From contig CM119265.1 in the NCBI GenBank assembly GCA_051294375.1, positions 18,046,643 to 18,110,483 of the forward strand: 63,841 bases of DNA, given 5' to 3'. The notes under the pieces are model-generated. The model was not told the DNA's origin, did no database searches, and was given only the letters and a program-made list of their open reading frames with translations. Source of the stretch: Paraspadella gotoi (Eukaryota; Animalia; Chaetognatha). Shown here piece after piece: positions 1 to 14,098 of the stretch. The position numbers were made by a program, and so were the translations under genes. Numbering within the stretch: position 1 is the stretch's first letter; each line of letters starts with the position of its first letter.

Positions 1-633
1 AATCCCAATTCGCTATTCCATTCTGTTTATGCGAAGGTTTCACCCAATTGAAAAAGAAATAGCACAACAATTGAGATTTTCATTAAACCGAAAACCATTA
101 ATCAGCGAGCGAGGGTTTCGCACCTGCCTCCATCTCCCCCGAGTGCTTCGTCGCCACCGCCGCCTTTCCACAACCCATTAGCGGTTTTAACTTACGACGC
201 CTGACTTCAGCTATTAGTGATCCAGCCAATGAGCTAAATCAGGCAANNNNNNNNNNNNNNNNNNNNNNNNNNNNNNNNNNNNNNNNNNNNNNNNNNNNNN
301 NNNNNNNNNNNNNNNNNNNNNNNNNNNNNNNNNNNNNNNNNNNNNNNNNNNNNNNNNNNNNNNNNNNNNNNNNNNNNAGTACTAAGCTATCTTATCGTTT
401 CCACAATGACCTCTCATTCAAATTTTACTTTTCCTTGCTCCTCTTTCTTGAATCCAACCGATTCCAAAGAGAAAGGCTTTCACGTTCCACTATTTTAATA
501 AAGGGGTCAGTTCTATGAAAACCTCACAATCCAAACGCCCAACCCGAGTGAAAAAAAAATTGTCATGCGGCGATGAAAATCTTATCTCGTCGCGGGAGGG
601 AAAAGGAAAGGAGAGTTCGAATTAAACCCTTCC

Positions 634-753
<120 letters not shown>

Positions 754-1366
754 CTCTCATTCTTTCTTACTCTCTCCGGTCCCCCAGGGATACGCCTTTT
801 CTATTCCGACCGAAGGGTTGACCCGCCTCCAACGGCTAAGCGAATGCGGAAAAGATAGGGAGTGATAGGTTGAGAGGAAAAGAGTTTAACGTGGAAAAAG
901 AGAGGTAAACGGAGAGAAGTTGAGGAAAGAGGGGCGAAGCGGAAAAAGAGGGGTTCTAGTGAATGATTAAAAGAAGAGGATGGAAAGAAAACCGGACGAA
1001 GGGTTTAAGGATTTAGCGTCATCATCCAAGTGGTTGGCTGCAGCGGCAAGAAGGGCGGCAGAAGTGTCAGCGGTAAAGGCAGCAGTGGCACGATTATCAG
1101 TTGCAGCATCAGGCGTCGCGGCAGCGGCGTCAGGGTTGGCGGCGAAGCTGAGGGGGCGAAAGAATAGCTGTATTTAGAAGCAAAACAAAAATAAAAAATA
1201 AAATCAAGACCATTTACGCAAATTTTTGTAATTGATTAATTTCCATCAGGTGGGCAATAGAGCAAATTTTTCCTTCATCTTTTTACGAAATCTGTAGTTC
1301 ATTATAACGATAAGTTTATGAGTATTCATTCCCTGAACTTCATGGAGTCTAGAGAAAAGGTACTGA

Positions 1367-4300
1367 CTCAAATCTCTCTCTCTTAAAAGAAAAAAAAATT
1401 ACAAGCTTTGCCATTTCCGCTTTGACAAATCATTTGGCATCGCAAAGATCTTCTTCTTCTTTAAGTATTTTATGTACCCGTTGTAACACCCCCCACCCAC
1501 ACCGCTGCCGATTCTATTATTTTTACTTCCACATCACCACCCTGATTTCACGATCCTTATGGCTCTTATTTCATTTCATGATTGCAAGGAGGAACTTCCG
1601 ACATGTCACTCTTGTCTTCATGTCTTCCTCCCTTTTTCCCTCTATTTCTTGTCTGCTTATTCTTATTCTATAAACCACCTTTTCCTTTTTTTATTTTTCT
1701 ATTTCTGTTCACTGAACTCATTCTTCCCTTCTCCCTCTACCATCTCATTTTTCCCATTCCCTGCACCCCCTCCCATCATATCCTTTTTTTCCTTTTTTCC
1801 TTTTTTTTTTTTTTTGCCAAATTCCTCTTCGAAAGAATCGACGAGGATCCACAAAACTTTGTCAGGTTTTACGACTCGCACGGGAGGCGGCGCTACGGCG
1901 TCGGCGGGCGGCGACGGAAGGCGGGATTAACTCCGGACAAAAGAGCAAACGTTCGACGGGGGGCGTTGAGGCGGTGGCGCCAGTGACTTTGTCGTGACGC
2001 CGTCCATTGACGCCCGCGAGCGTGAGTCTCCGAGCAACGATTAAGCAGATTAGGTTCAACGCTTTTAGTGAATAAATCATCAGGAGAAATTCTAATTTTT
2101 TTTAAATCTATTTTTTATTCTGTTTTACCTCACAAGTTTGTTTTCTCTCTGAGAGAAGTTGTAGTAAAGTCCTGAATACAGGAGCCAAAAATAAAAAAAT
2201 AAGTTTTCAATGGAAAGGGTATAAAAGTTTTACGGGTCCGTTCTTTTCGCAAAAGTTTGAAAAAGGTTTTCCAAGGGAGAAAAAAAATCCTTTCGCTGGT
2301 TCGTGCAACAAAAAAACCGCCGTCACACAGGACGCAAACCCCTTGGTAATTTCGAAACGATTTTTGTAGTATAAAATTAACTGAGCGAGAATTTAGAGGT
2401 TCTTTCAAAGGGTACAACACGATCCGTGGCGTCGATAAATTGCAACCACAAGTGATACCAACGGAGAAAGAACGTCACAAAGAGAGAATGCCGGTGGATT
2501 CCCTTTTCTCAATCCCGCCGAAATTTCCCGTCACTAAAAAAAAAAGGGTAAAAAGTAAAAGGAAGAAATCTCGTGGGTTGAGAACTCGAACGAACCCGAA
2601 AGTTCAAGCGGAAGTCGAAAACCCGTAACCCTAAACAACCGGAAATGACTGTCGCCATTTTTTCCGACCAACGCTACCACCGCCACGCCCCGAACCCCTG
2701 GGCCGCGCACCGGCCCCCCCGGACGCACCCGTGTCCGGAGGCCGCGCCCGTGAAGACGGACGGAAGACAATGACGGAACCCCGGCCCAGATCGAATACTT
2801 CCGCGTTCATGAGCCTGTCCTCCCCCGCACCCCGGCGGTCCAAAGCCTTCTGCCTGCAACCCACGGCGGGATGGTGTACACGACGACGGAAACAACCTAC
2901 AACACGGCAACCTCGGGCAAACCCAGTGAACCTTACCTTCAACGCTTGACCCTCGCGTTTACTCTTTCTTCGTTTCTGTCAAACTTTGACCTTGTAAATT
3001 ACCAGTTGTTATAGAGTTTAGCATCGAGCTTTTATTGTTATCCGGTTATAACGCTTGTTGTAAGTAATGTACTTAGAATTCATTTCTTACCTTCTGGAAA
3101 CTGTGCGCCATCAAATCTATTATTAAGACGCTGGGCAAAGCCCGATAAACAATGCGAACATGATTGATGGATAAACATGAGCGACCTGAAATAGAACAAA
3201 AATTAGAAAGGCGAATGGTGAATAGGAAGAACAAGAAAAATAATACCGTGAGGATATCGCATAAGTAGTATCCCGCTGTCGCGTTAAGAAATGTAACTTA
3301 AGTAATTGTAGTGAGCCAAGGAAAAGAGAAGAGTGTTGGACCAGCCGGAGAGTTTAATAAAAAGTCAGAAGGAGAGAGACGCAGGCAGACAAGAATCCCT
3401 TAGATAAAGAAAATCTAACGATCTGAACCGACAGGAAGTGAACGTCCAATTGCTATGAAGGCTAGCAGAAGATAGAATAAAGAATTTTGCGGGGCAAAAC
3501 TAAGATAAAAATTCTGGTTTATAGCAAATAGAGAAAAAATGTACTACCTATGTCCACTAAACAAAGATTAAAATGTTAGTGGGCGGTGTGCTGACTGTGA
3601 ATTCCATCTTACCCAGTTAAATCTGCCACATCTCCCAACTCCAAAACTCTCCGATCCTCCAAGATAGGCCGCCATATTTCTTTTTCTATTTTTTTTGTCC
3701 TGCGCCATCTTTCTTTTGTGTCAAGGGATTCGCCTGACGCGGATGAACCCGACGCTCCACCGTGGAACACAGTCAATAAATCTGATCGTCTGGTACGAAA
3801 ACCGACAAAAAAAAAAAAATGTATTTTGACTGACCGAGGGCGCTGCAGCTCGCACTAGTTCGATATACTATAGCGAGGCGTTAAAGGCGCCGATTGTGTG
3901 TTAGAACTCGAATAAGCGTACTAGTTACTAGAGGCCCACGTATACTGCGGCGCCGCGAACTACGTCAATTGGAGGAAAGCGGCGCTCGATTGTGTGGACC
4001 TTCGAAGACCTCTCGGTTGGGCCACCAACCGCGATGGTGGCGTCTCAGTGGAGGACTGTGTATTGTTGCTGTTGTATTGCCAGGAGAGTGCTTTAAGGTT
4101 GTGTTACTGCTGCTCCTGCTTGCGCTGATTTGAAAAGAAAAAGCAGATGGTTGCTGATGCCCCCGGAGAGCATTATTCCAAGCTGTTCGTGGCTAGTGGC
4201 AAGCTGTGGATGTTTACATCATACAATCTTTTTGCAGCGCATGGTTTTGTTGTTGAAACTTTGAAAAATCCTAACTTGCCCGAGATAGAGCAAGTAGGCC

Positions 4301-5967
4301 CACCCCTCTAATATGCCTGCAACCCGCTGACTTATTGCAAAGCAGTTCAGAAACTGTAGTCGCAAATATAAAAAAAACGCCACTCCCGCGGTGAGGAGAA
4401 CCTAAAATTACAGCTGCATCTCTCATCTCTCTGCTCCTCCTCTCTTCTCTCTCTCTCTCTCTCTGCTCTCGCTCTCTCTCAATACTCTCTCTCTCTCTCT
4501 TCTTCTCTCTCTCTCGTCCATCTTTGCCCTCTATTTGAACTGGAAGCCTTCCACATTTCTCGTCCATATGTCTGTCGCACACGAAGTCAAAGAAACCATA
4601 AGGACAAAACCACTTCTTTATTTCTTAACGTATTTTCTTTTCCCTCCAAGTTTTATTTCTTTTCTCGTTTTGAGTTTCGAACGATTCATCATCCCGAAGT
4701 TTTCACTTTTTTTTTACCTACCCCTCCTTCTATTCCTACGTCATTTATTTCCCTGATTCACCGAAAACCTTTAGCTATACTTTCTTTTTTCTCCTCAGAA
4801 TATTTAGTCTTTCGCTGATTTAGCGGAAAAAAAAAATCTCTTTTTCCATTTTTCACTCTCATTATACTGAACGGAAAGCGTACCGGAAGAGGGCGCTGAA
4901 TTGAATTAAAAAACGCCCGCAATCAAGCCACAAACAAAGCCGGACAACTGTTTTCATGATTTCCAATTTCTACGCTAAAAAGCCCTCTCTCTCCGTATTA
5001 AAAAAAGGCGATAGCTTATTACGATTTTTCGTCCACTATCGAATGTTATTTCACATTTTACCGCTTCTGTTTTTATTTGCTCTCCTTTCGGCGCTTGAGT
5101 GCTTTTTTTTTCCTTCGCCCAGTGAGATCCCCGAATTGCTGGGCGAAGAGAAAATAGAGGTCTATGCCGCGATGAGCATTCATGAATTTCCAGGCGCTCC
5201 AAGCTGCAGAATCCTATCTTTTGCGCTCTCCGCTGCATCATATGAAATCCGCCTCTTTATTCTCTCGGAACGTAAAAAAATGACGTCATTTTTGGGTCAG
5301 ACTTTTCATTCACTACTCTAATCTTTCTGTGAGACTAACCAATACGGAGATAGAGTTTGAGAATACTCGTCTCCGTATATGTCAATGCCAGAAAGTTTAC
5401 CAGATTATTCCTCAATGCGGGAAACTGTCATTTCTTTTCCTTCCTGTTTCTCGTCTTAAGGATCTAATAACAATAAAAAGACTAAGATAAGCTTTCACTC
5501 AAATAATATTAGCCATATAAGCGTATTTTCCCCAATAACTCATTCGAACTTTTCAAAATGCGCTACCGCTTCCTTCGCAATTAAAAAACTCTGAAAAAAA
5601 AAAAAAGATTGTTCTTTGTTCGGCCGCTCTATAATAACCACTCAACGACGACCATTTAACACTCCACACCCGGTGCGTGACACCGTAATCATCCCCTTAC
5701 CACTCATTTGATCGTAACTACCGCCACCACACGACCGTCGTTATTAGCCGCGCTCTACTGTCGATCCGCCGCGATCATCGTCCCTCTGTACAGTGCTTTC
5801 CTCTTGCGGCTGCGTCTGCCTCTCAGGCCGTCCGTCCCGCTGCCCGCCGAGAACGCTCGACGCGAGGATCGCAGAAATCTCCTAACGCTCGACCCGCATC
5901 CCGCATTCGTCGACGTACGATTCTTATCTTAGTCCGGAACAAAGGGTTCTTTTTTCTGTCGTCTACT

Positions 5968-6003
<36 letters not shown>

Positions 6004-6005
6004 CT

Positions 6006-6050
<45 letters not shown>

Positions 6051-9000
6051 TCTCTCTTCTCTCTCGTCCCCGCGGCGCGCTTCTTTTATCTCTCCGTCAG
6101 GACTTCAGAGAAAAACGCGCGTACCGAGAAATCCTCTTCTTGTTTCGTTCGTTCGTCTCGTCGTGTTCTCGTCTGTAGTTCGGTCGTCGTCGTCGCGCCT
6201 CGTCGTCGTCGTTCTCGTCGTTTCGTCGTCGCTGTTCGTCCGCGCTTCGTTTCTTTTTCGCCAGTTATAATGTTCTTCCGCGCTTAGTTTACCTCGCGAT
6301 CAGTTTTCCTTTCCAAATTGGATATTTATTTGACGCGTCGCACGCAAAATAAAAAATGTTATATAATAAATAAAAAGTATTTTATAAACTTTGAAGTTCA
6401 ATAATCTCCAATTATTTTTTCTTTTCTTTCGAATTCACGTAAACTAGCTCTATGATCTTTTCTAACCTGTATTGCCTCATATCTTCAATTTTACTCTTCT
6501 GCTGACTCCAGTTTACTTTTTTTCTTTCCTCTCTTTCAAGCCACTAAATTTTATAAGATTAATATTAATGTATCATTCTACTTTTTTATTTACTTTCTTT
6601 TCACGTCCGCCAAAACATTCTTCGACGATTATTCTTCTTTTAAATCGCGAAATACGTTCTCGCCAAACAAGAACACTTAAAGTCCGTAAAAATTCTCATC
6701 CCGATATTTTAACCGCGATTACCTCACGCCACCTCCCGTCAGGTCTTTCGTTGTCAAGAGCGTGTGTCTGCTCCCTACGCCCACTTCGCAAGCCAACACA
6801 ACCCTGCTAAATCCGCGCCATTGGGCGTCAACCTTTTATCGAGACGCCGTTAATTCTCGCGCGTCCACTCGTAGAAGTCTCTTCATTCCAGACACATAAA
6901 AGCAAGGCGTCAAATACAATTCGGCCAGAAACGGCGCCTCCGAGTCAGAAGAAACAAAAATTTCGTTTTCTTTTGTGCGTCAGTCAGTCAATCACCAATG
7001 CTAGATATCTTCTCGTTCGCACTTTGCGCTAATATAAGATGGCGAGCCATTTAACGCCATAATAAATTAGAAGCGCACTCTCTAACTTTTAACGCTTTCG
7101 TCGCCCGTCTGCGCCACCTGTCTCCCAAGCACGGGCAAAAAAAAAAAGATCGGTGCGTCTCCTCTCTTTCAATTCCCGCGTTTCGCTCTTTCGGTGACGA
7201 GTTCCGACTTCTGTGTACGACGCGTCCATCTGCTCGGTCGACGGGAAAAAAATTTACTATACGACGTCAGCTCGTTCACCTCGTTGACAAAACGAGGTTC
7301 ACCCCTTTTCACCTCTTTAAGAGGCCGAGGAGAGAGAGTAGACGGAGAGAGACGAGAACGAGAGAGAAGAGATTAGAGCAGATAGCGAGAGAGAGAGAGC
7401 CGAGAGAGCCAGAGGGAGAGAGAGATTACTCATCGATTTATGATCCCTCATTCAGGTTCCTATATTCAAAATAGTCAGCACAACTAGAGGGCGAGAGTCT
7501 GTGCCGCCCTCGTACCCACCAATTCGAGAACGCCAACAGACTATCTCACAGAATTCGCAATCCATTGTAGATAATTTCCTACGTAGGGGCGACTAAACCA
7601 CAAGCATCGATCAGCGGACCGAACTTGCCGACGAGACTCGGCCCAACGACTTGCGAGAGAGACTTGCTCGACTTACCGCTTTTGTCCCGGTTACGCTACC
7701 AAAAGGGCAATGTCGGCGGCTCGCAGCTTAAAACTCTTCCGTATTATTTGGCGCTCGCGGATACTCATACATGTCGAAGAAACATAAATCCTGAAGATAA
7801 ACTGCTGTACTAGATATACGAACTAAATCACTCATCAGCAAAAAAAAACAAACTAAGCATTTATCTGTTATTATATTCGCTCGGCGCTGCTTGGCCATGA
7901 GTTCTTATCGCCTCCCTGCGAAGAAGAAACAACAAAGACATCCACAAAATAACGACCTAACCCGACTTCGCGTTATTCAATATCTTCAATGCTCACCTGA
8001 CCATCCTCTATTTCTCGCGGCGTGCTCCTATACTAAAATCGCGCGTCAAAAAGAAATCCTTAAATGCGCATCCACATACTCCCGTTGTACTCTTCCCTCA
8101 GTGCCACCGCTCGAGAAACGACTATCACGCACAAAACCTAATATCCATACTAAACGTCATAATTTGTTTACTGCTTCTCTTTAAATTATCTTATATCTCG
8201 ATATTCACTCTTCGATCATTAACTTTCCGTCACGTGAGACTGTCACGATTTCTTCATATTATCCACCAACCTCTAATACAAACATCTACCCCCGCAAACG
8301 CAACCGCGAAGTCAATCGCGTCGTCGTCGTCGTCGTCGTCGATTCCTTGACGTCCGACAAATCACTCTCCTTTCTCCTCCTCTCCGTTCTCCTGACAAAC
8401 TCCACCCAACATAAGAAAGTGTACATATACGACCTCCTCACCAAGAGACAGCGACCAATTCGCATTTTTTTCGCGGCCAGGTGTACGGTCAAGAGGAAAC
8501 AGGTGACCACTGACTGGGGCAGGCGGGGGCGGGGAGCGCGAGTTTGGGTTCGAGCTGCCGCCAGTCGCCTCTGGAGCATGGGCAGGCAGACCCAAGCGAA
8601 AGGATATCGTCGCGTACAATATTGCGCACGGCTGTCGGTTGGGTTCGCTGAGCGCGACCGGACGGTCCCGACCGACCAAGGCTGGTCTAATGGGCGTCCG
8701 GCCCAAGCAGACAAGCCTCATATACAGACGCAAGATGAAAAAATTGATATCAGACTCTCTTGCTGCGAATTCTCGCACTGCTTACATTTTCGAGATGAAA
8801 TTAATTTGATTAAATTTAAGAAACTTTCTTTAATGAACATTTCTCTCTCCCGTCTCCCTCTCTCTCTCTTGGTCTCTTTTCTCTTTCTCTCTCTTTCTCT
8901 CTCTCCTCACACTCAAAGGACTAAGGCGGTAGTAAAATTTCTAAATTATCAACGTTAATTAAAATTTCTAAAAGTGAGGAAAACGAAACAACATTATAAT

Positions 9001-12000
9001 AATGAACATTTATAGGTAATTCCAAAAAATTCATAATAAATTTTACAATTTACGCAGTAGCGGCCATATTTATACTAGCTACTAAACCAATAAATGTTTT
9101 AAAATTTCAAACCAGTTTTTTTCTGAGATTTTTTGCAGATTTGATTCGAACATAAAAAGTTGGTAAAAAGAAATATAACTCTTTTGAAAAATTCTTTCAT
9201 TTAAGTGGGTCAAAAATTAGGAAAAAGCATATATTTTTAAGCTGAAAAAATTAACTTTTTTATTATTAATATAGTTTTTTTAATTTTTAACCACTTATAA
9301 GAAAAATTTTAAAAATGATTATATATTTTCTTTTATCAACTTGTTGATCGAGGAATTCAAATCTGCAATTCAAAATTAAAGAAAAAGGCTTATTTTTTGA
9401 ATTTTTTGAACTTCGCCCATATATCAAAATAAGGAACTCGGAGTTAACTATATATAAATAGAGCACCCATTACTTGCGAAGAATTAAAAAACAATAATTA
9501 TTTTTTTTTATTAGAATTAGGGATGATCCACTCAGATGGGTAATGTTGTTCATTAATTGACTTTTTTAGAAATTTTTGCGTAATAATGTAACTTTCACTA
9601 ACGCAAAATTTACTCAAGACCCATATATCTTCAAAAAAGATATACATATGCCCGTTCCAAGGCGGAAGAGGAAATATTTACCTAATCGGGCCCAAGCAAA
9701 TTTTTTATCATCTATGATTTGGAGATAATCTCCGGGGGTCCACTCTATCGAAGACCTGTGAACCTTTGTTGAACCTCGTTCCCATCCTTCACCAACCCCT
9801 CACCACCCCTCACCATCCACTTACCTCCCTCATTCAGTCAGTTTTTCACTCACCCACTTTACTCAAGGGACCGAGTTGTCACGTGATTTTTAGAAGGTCG
9901 TCGGCGTCTTTTAAACCCTNNNNNNNNNNNNNNNNNNNNNNNNNAGAGGGAGAGGGAGAAAGAAATGTTCATTCAAAGCAAGTTTCTTAATTTAATCAAA
10001 TTAATTTCATCTCGAAAATGTAAAGCACGTGCGAGAATTCGCAGCAAAGACGTCAATGAATTTTCAATTTGCGTCTGAAGAGTTGTCGGCCGACGCCGTT
10101 GTCCGCTTTGTCGGTCGGTCGTCGCCGTCGGCCAGCGACCCAACCGACAACCGTCGGCAATATTGACGCGACAATCTTTCGCTTGGCTTCCCCATCTCCA
10201 CAGCGACTGGCGGCAGTCGACTCAANNNNNNNNNNNNNNNNNNNNNNNNNNNNNNNNNNNNNNNNNNNNNNNNNNNNNNNNNNNNNNNNNNNNNNNNNNN
10301 NNNNNNNNNNNNNNNNNNNNNNNNNNNNNNNNNNNNNNNNNNNNNNNNNNNNNNNNNNNNNNNNNNNNNNNNNNNNNNNNNNNNNNNNNNNNNNNNNNNN
10401 NNNNNNNNNNNNNNNNNNNNNNNNNNNNNNNNNNNNNNNNNNNNNNNNNNNNNNNNNNNNNNNNNNNNNNNNNNNNNNNNNNNNNNNNNNNNNNNNNNNN
10501 NNNNNNNNNNNNNNNNNNNNNNNNNNNNNNNNNNNNNNNNNNNNNNNNNNNNNNNNNNNNNNNNNNNNNNNNNNNNNNNNNNNNNNNNNNNNNNNNNNNN
10601 NNNNNNNNNNNNNNNNNNNNNNNNNNNNNNNNNNNNNNNNNNNNNNNNNNNNNNNNNNNNNNNNNNNNNNNNNNNNNNNNNNNNNNNNNNNNNNNNNNNN
10701 NNNNNNNNNNNNNNNNNNNNNNNNNNNNNNNNNNNNNNNNNNNNNNNNNNNNNNNNNNNNNNNNNNNNNNNNNNNNNNNNNNNNNNNNNNNNNNNNNNNN
10801 NNNNNNNNNNNNNNNNNNNNNNNNGTGGACGGGAATTTTATCGAAGAGTGAATGTCAGATATTAAATAATTTAAAAAACAGTAAACAAATTATCACTTTA
10901 GTTATTTATTTTGTCGTTGATTCGTTTCTCATGCGTTGCTTTAATTACACGTTTTGGTCATTTAGATTTCTTTTTTGACATTTTTAAACGAAATAATTTC
11001 ATGAGCATTGAGTATTGAATAATCGGGTCAAGGTCGGGTTAGCGTCGTTATTTTTGTGCTTTTTTTTCTTCTTCAAGAGCGATCAAGAAATGCAGCCAAG
11101 CGCGCGAGCGAAATATATAAAGATAAAAGCTGAGTTTGTTTTTTTTTGCCTGATGATTAGTTCATATCTGTACACAGTTTAATTCAGATTTTGTTTTTCA
11201 TGTTGGATCCGCGACGCAAATAAAGGAAATCTTCAAGCTGCCGCCGACTTGCTTTGACGTAACGGACAACGGGTAAGTCGGCAAGTCTCTCGGCAAGTCG
11301 TTGGGCCAGTCTCTCGGCAAGTCGGTCCGCTGATCGATGCTCGGGTTAGTCGCCCACCGAGGAAATCTGGATTGCGAATTTGTGGGAGATAGTCTGGGCG
11401 GTCGGGGGGTGGAACGAGGGCGCAAGACTGCTCGCCCTCTAGTTGGCACATTTTAATAATGGGAAACCTGATGAGATAAATCGATGAGTAACTCTCTCTC
11501 TCTCCTCTCTCTCCTCTCTCTCTCTCGTCTCTCTCTCTCTCCCTCTCTCGTCTCTTCTCCGTCTCTCTCTCTCTCGGCCTCTAAAGAGGTGAAAAAGGTG
11601 AACCTCGTTTCAACGAGGATGAACGAGCGTGACTTGTATAGTAATTTTTTTTTCCCGTCGACGAAGAGGACGCGTCGTAACCGAAGTCGGAACTCGTCAC
11701 CGAAAGACGAACGCGGAATTGAAAGAGACGGAGACGCCCGTTTTTTTTTGGCGTCGCTTGGGAGAAGGTGGCGCAGACGGCGACGAAAGCGTTAAAAGTT
11801 AGAGAGGCGCTCTAATTTTTATGGCGTAATGGCCGCCATCTTAAATTTTAGCGCAAAGTCGAACGAGAAAATCTCATTGGTGATGACTGACGACGCAAAA
11901 GAAAACAAATTTTGTTTCTTCTGACTCGGCGCCGTTTCGTGGCCGAATTGATGACGCCTTGGCTTGGTGGAAGAGACTTCTACGAGTGGACGCGAGAATT

Positions 12001-14002
12001 AACGGCGTCTCGATAATAGTTGGACGCCAAACTGTGACGGGTTTTTGGCTGCGAAGTGGGCGTGGGAGAGACACGCTCTTGACAACGAAAGACGACGGGA
12101 GGCGACGTTAAAAATATCGGAAGAATTTTTACGGACTTAGTTCTTGTTTGGCGAGAACGTTTCGCGATTTAAAAGAAGATAAAATCTCGAAGACTGTTTT
12201 GCGGACGTTAAAAAGAATATAAAAAAATAAATGTAAAATACTTTAAGTGGGTTGAAGAGAGAGAAAAAAAAAAGTAAACTGGAGTCTGCAGAAGTAAAAT
12301 TGAAAGATATGAGGCAATAAGTTGGAAAAGATCATTGAGCTGTTTACGTGAATTCGAACAGAAAAAAAAAATATTGGGGTTAATTGAACTCAAAGTTTAT
12401 AACATACTTTTTTTTTATTATTATCATTTTTATTTCGTGCGAACGCTCAAAATAAATATCCAAATTTGGGAAGAAAACTGATCCGAGGTAAATAACCGGA
12501 AAGGAAATATATACTGCGAAAAAAANNNNNNNNNNNNNNNNNNNNNNNNNNNNNNNNNNNNNNNNNNNNNNNNNNNNNNNNNNNNNNNNNNNNNNNNNNN
12601 NNNNNNNNNNNNNNNNNNNNNNNNNNNNNNNNNNNNNNNNNNNNNNNNNNNNNNNNNNNNNNNNNNNNNNNNNNNNNNNNNNNNNNNNNNNNNNNNNNNN
12701 NNNNNNNNNNNNNNNNNNNNNNNNNNNNNNNNNNNNNNNNNNNNNNNNNNNNNNNNNNNNNNNNNNNNNNNNNNNNNNNNNNNNNNNNNNNNNNNNNNNN
12801 NNNNNNNNNNNNGTCGCGCCGATCGCGGGAATCGGCGTCGACCGCGTCTCGCGTCGACGTTCTCGGCGGCAGCGGCGGCGCCGAGAGCAGCGGCGCCGCA
12901 AGAGGAAGCAGCTGTACAGGGGACGATGATCGCGGCGGATCGACGAGTAGAGCGCCAATAACGACGGTCGTGGTGGCGATAGTTACGACAATGGTGGTAA
13001 GGGGGTGTGTTTCACCCCCGGTGGTGGCGGTTAATGGTCGTCGTTGATGGTTTTAGGCGCCGAAACAAAGAAACAAATCTTTGTTTTTTTTTTTTTCAGA
13101 TTTGCGAAGGAAGACGTCGCTTGAAAGTCGATGAGTTTGGAAAATACGCTGATTGGCTAATATTATTTGAGTGAAAGCTTACTTAGTCTTTTATTTTATT
13201 AGATCCTAAGACGAGAAACGAAGAAAAAGAAATGACAGTTTCCGATTGAGCTAATCTTAAACTTTCGGCATTACATATACGGAGACGGTATCTCAAACTC
13301 TCTCGGTATTGGTTATTCTCCAAGAAAGATAGAGTAGGATGAAAAGTCTGACCCAAAAATGCGTCATTTTTACGTCCGAAATAAAAGTCGGTTTCTGACG
13401 CGGGACGCAAGTAGGTCTCAGCTTGGAACCCTGGAAATTCTGGATGCTCATCCGATAGAAACCCTTTTTCTCTCCTCACAATTCGATCTCACTGGGCGAA
13501 GGAAAAAAAAACACATCAAAAGCGCCGAAAGGAGCAAAATAAAAAACAAAAGCGGTAAAATGTGAAAATAAACATTCGATACGAAAAATCGTAAAACTAT
13601 CCCTTTTTTACGGAGAGAGAGCTTTTAGCGTAGAAATGGAAATCATGAAAAGTTGTCCCTTTTGTTTTGGCGATGCGGCGTTTTTTTCATTCGCGCCCTC
13701 TTCCGTCGCTTTCCGAGACGATGAGGTGAAAATGGAAAAAGAGATTTTTTTTCGCTAAATCAGCGAAAGAAAAACAAAAAAAAAAGAAGCAAAGGTTTCG
13801 GGAATCGGAGAAACGAGTAAGAAGAAGGAGGGGGAAAAAAAGTGAAAACTTTCGGGTGATGAATCGTCGAAACTCAAAACGAGAAAAGAAATAAAACTTG
13901 AGGGAAAAGAAAGAAAAGAAAAAAAGTTTTTTTCTTTTCTTTTTCGTGTGCGACAGACATGGACGAGAATGGAAGCTTCCAGTTCAAAAGGGGCAAAGAA
14001 TG

Positions 14003-14098
<96 letters not shown>

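Noticed and set aside
968-1177. Ala-rich frames open on both strands
   Set aside because: Consistent with a degenerate GCN triplet tract; no partner exons or homology recognised.
8361-8395. atcactctcctttctcctcctctccgtt resembling half of a PacBio SMRTbell adapter
   Set aside because: Only the low-complexity C/T half matches, the GTTGTTG/GAGAGAGAT half is absent, and it is not at the symmetry centre.
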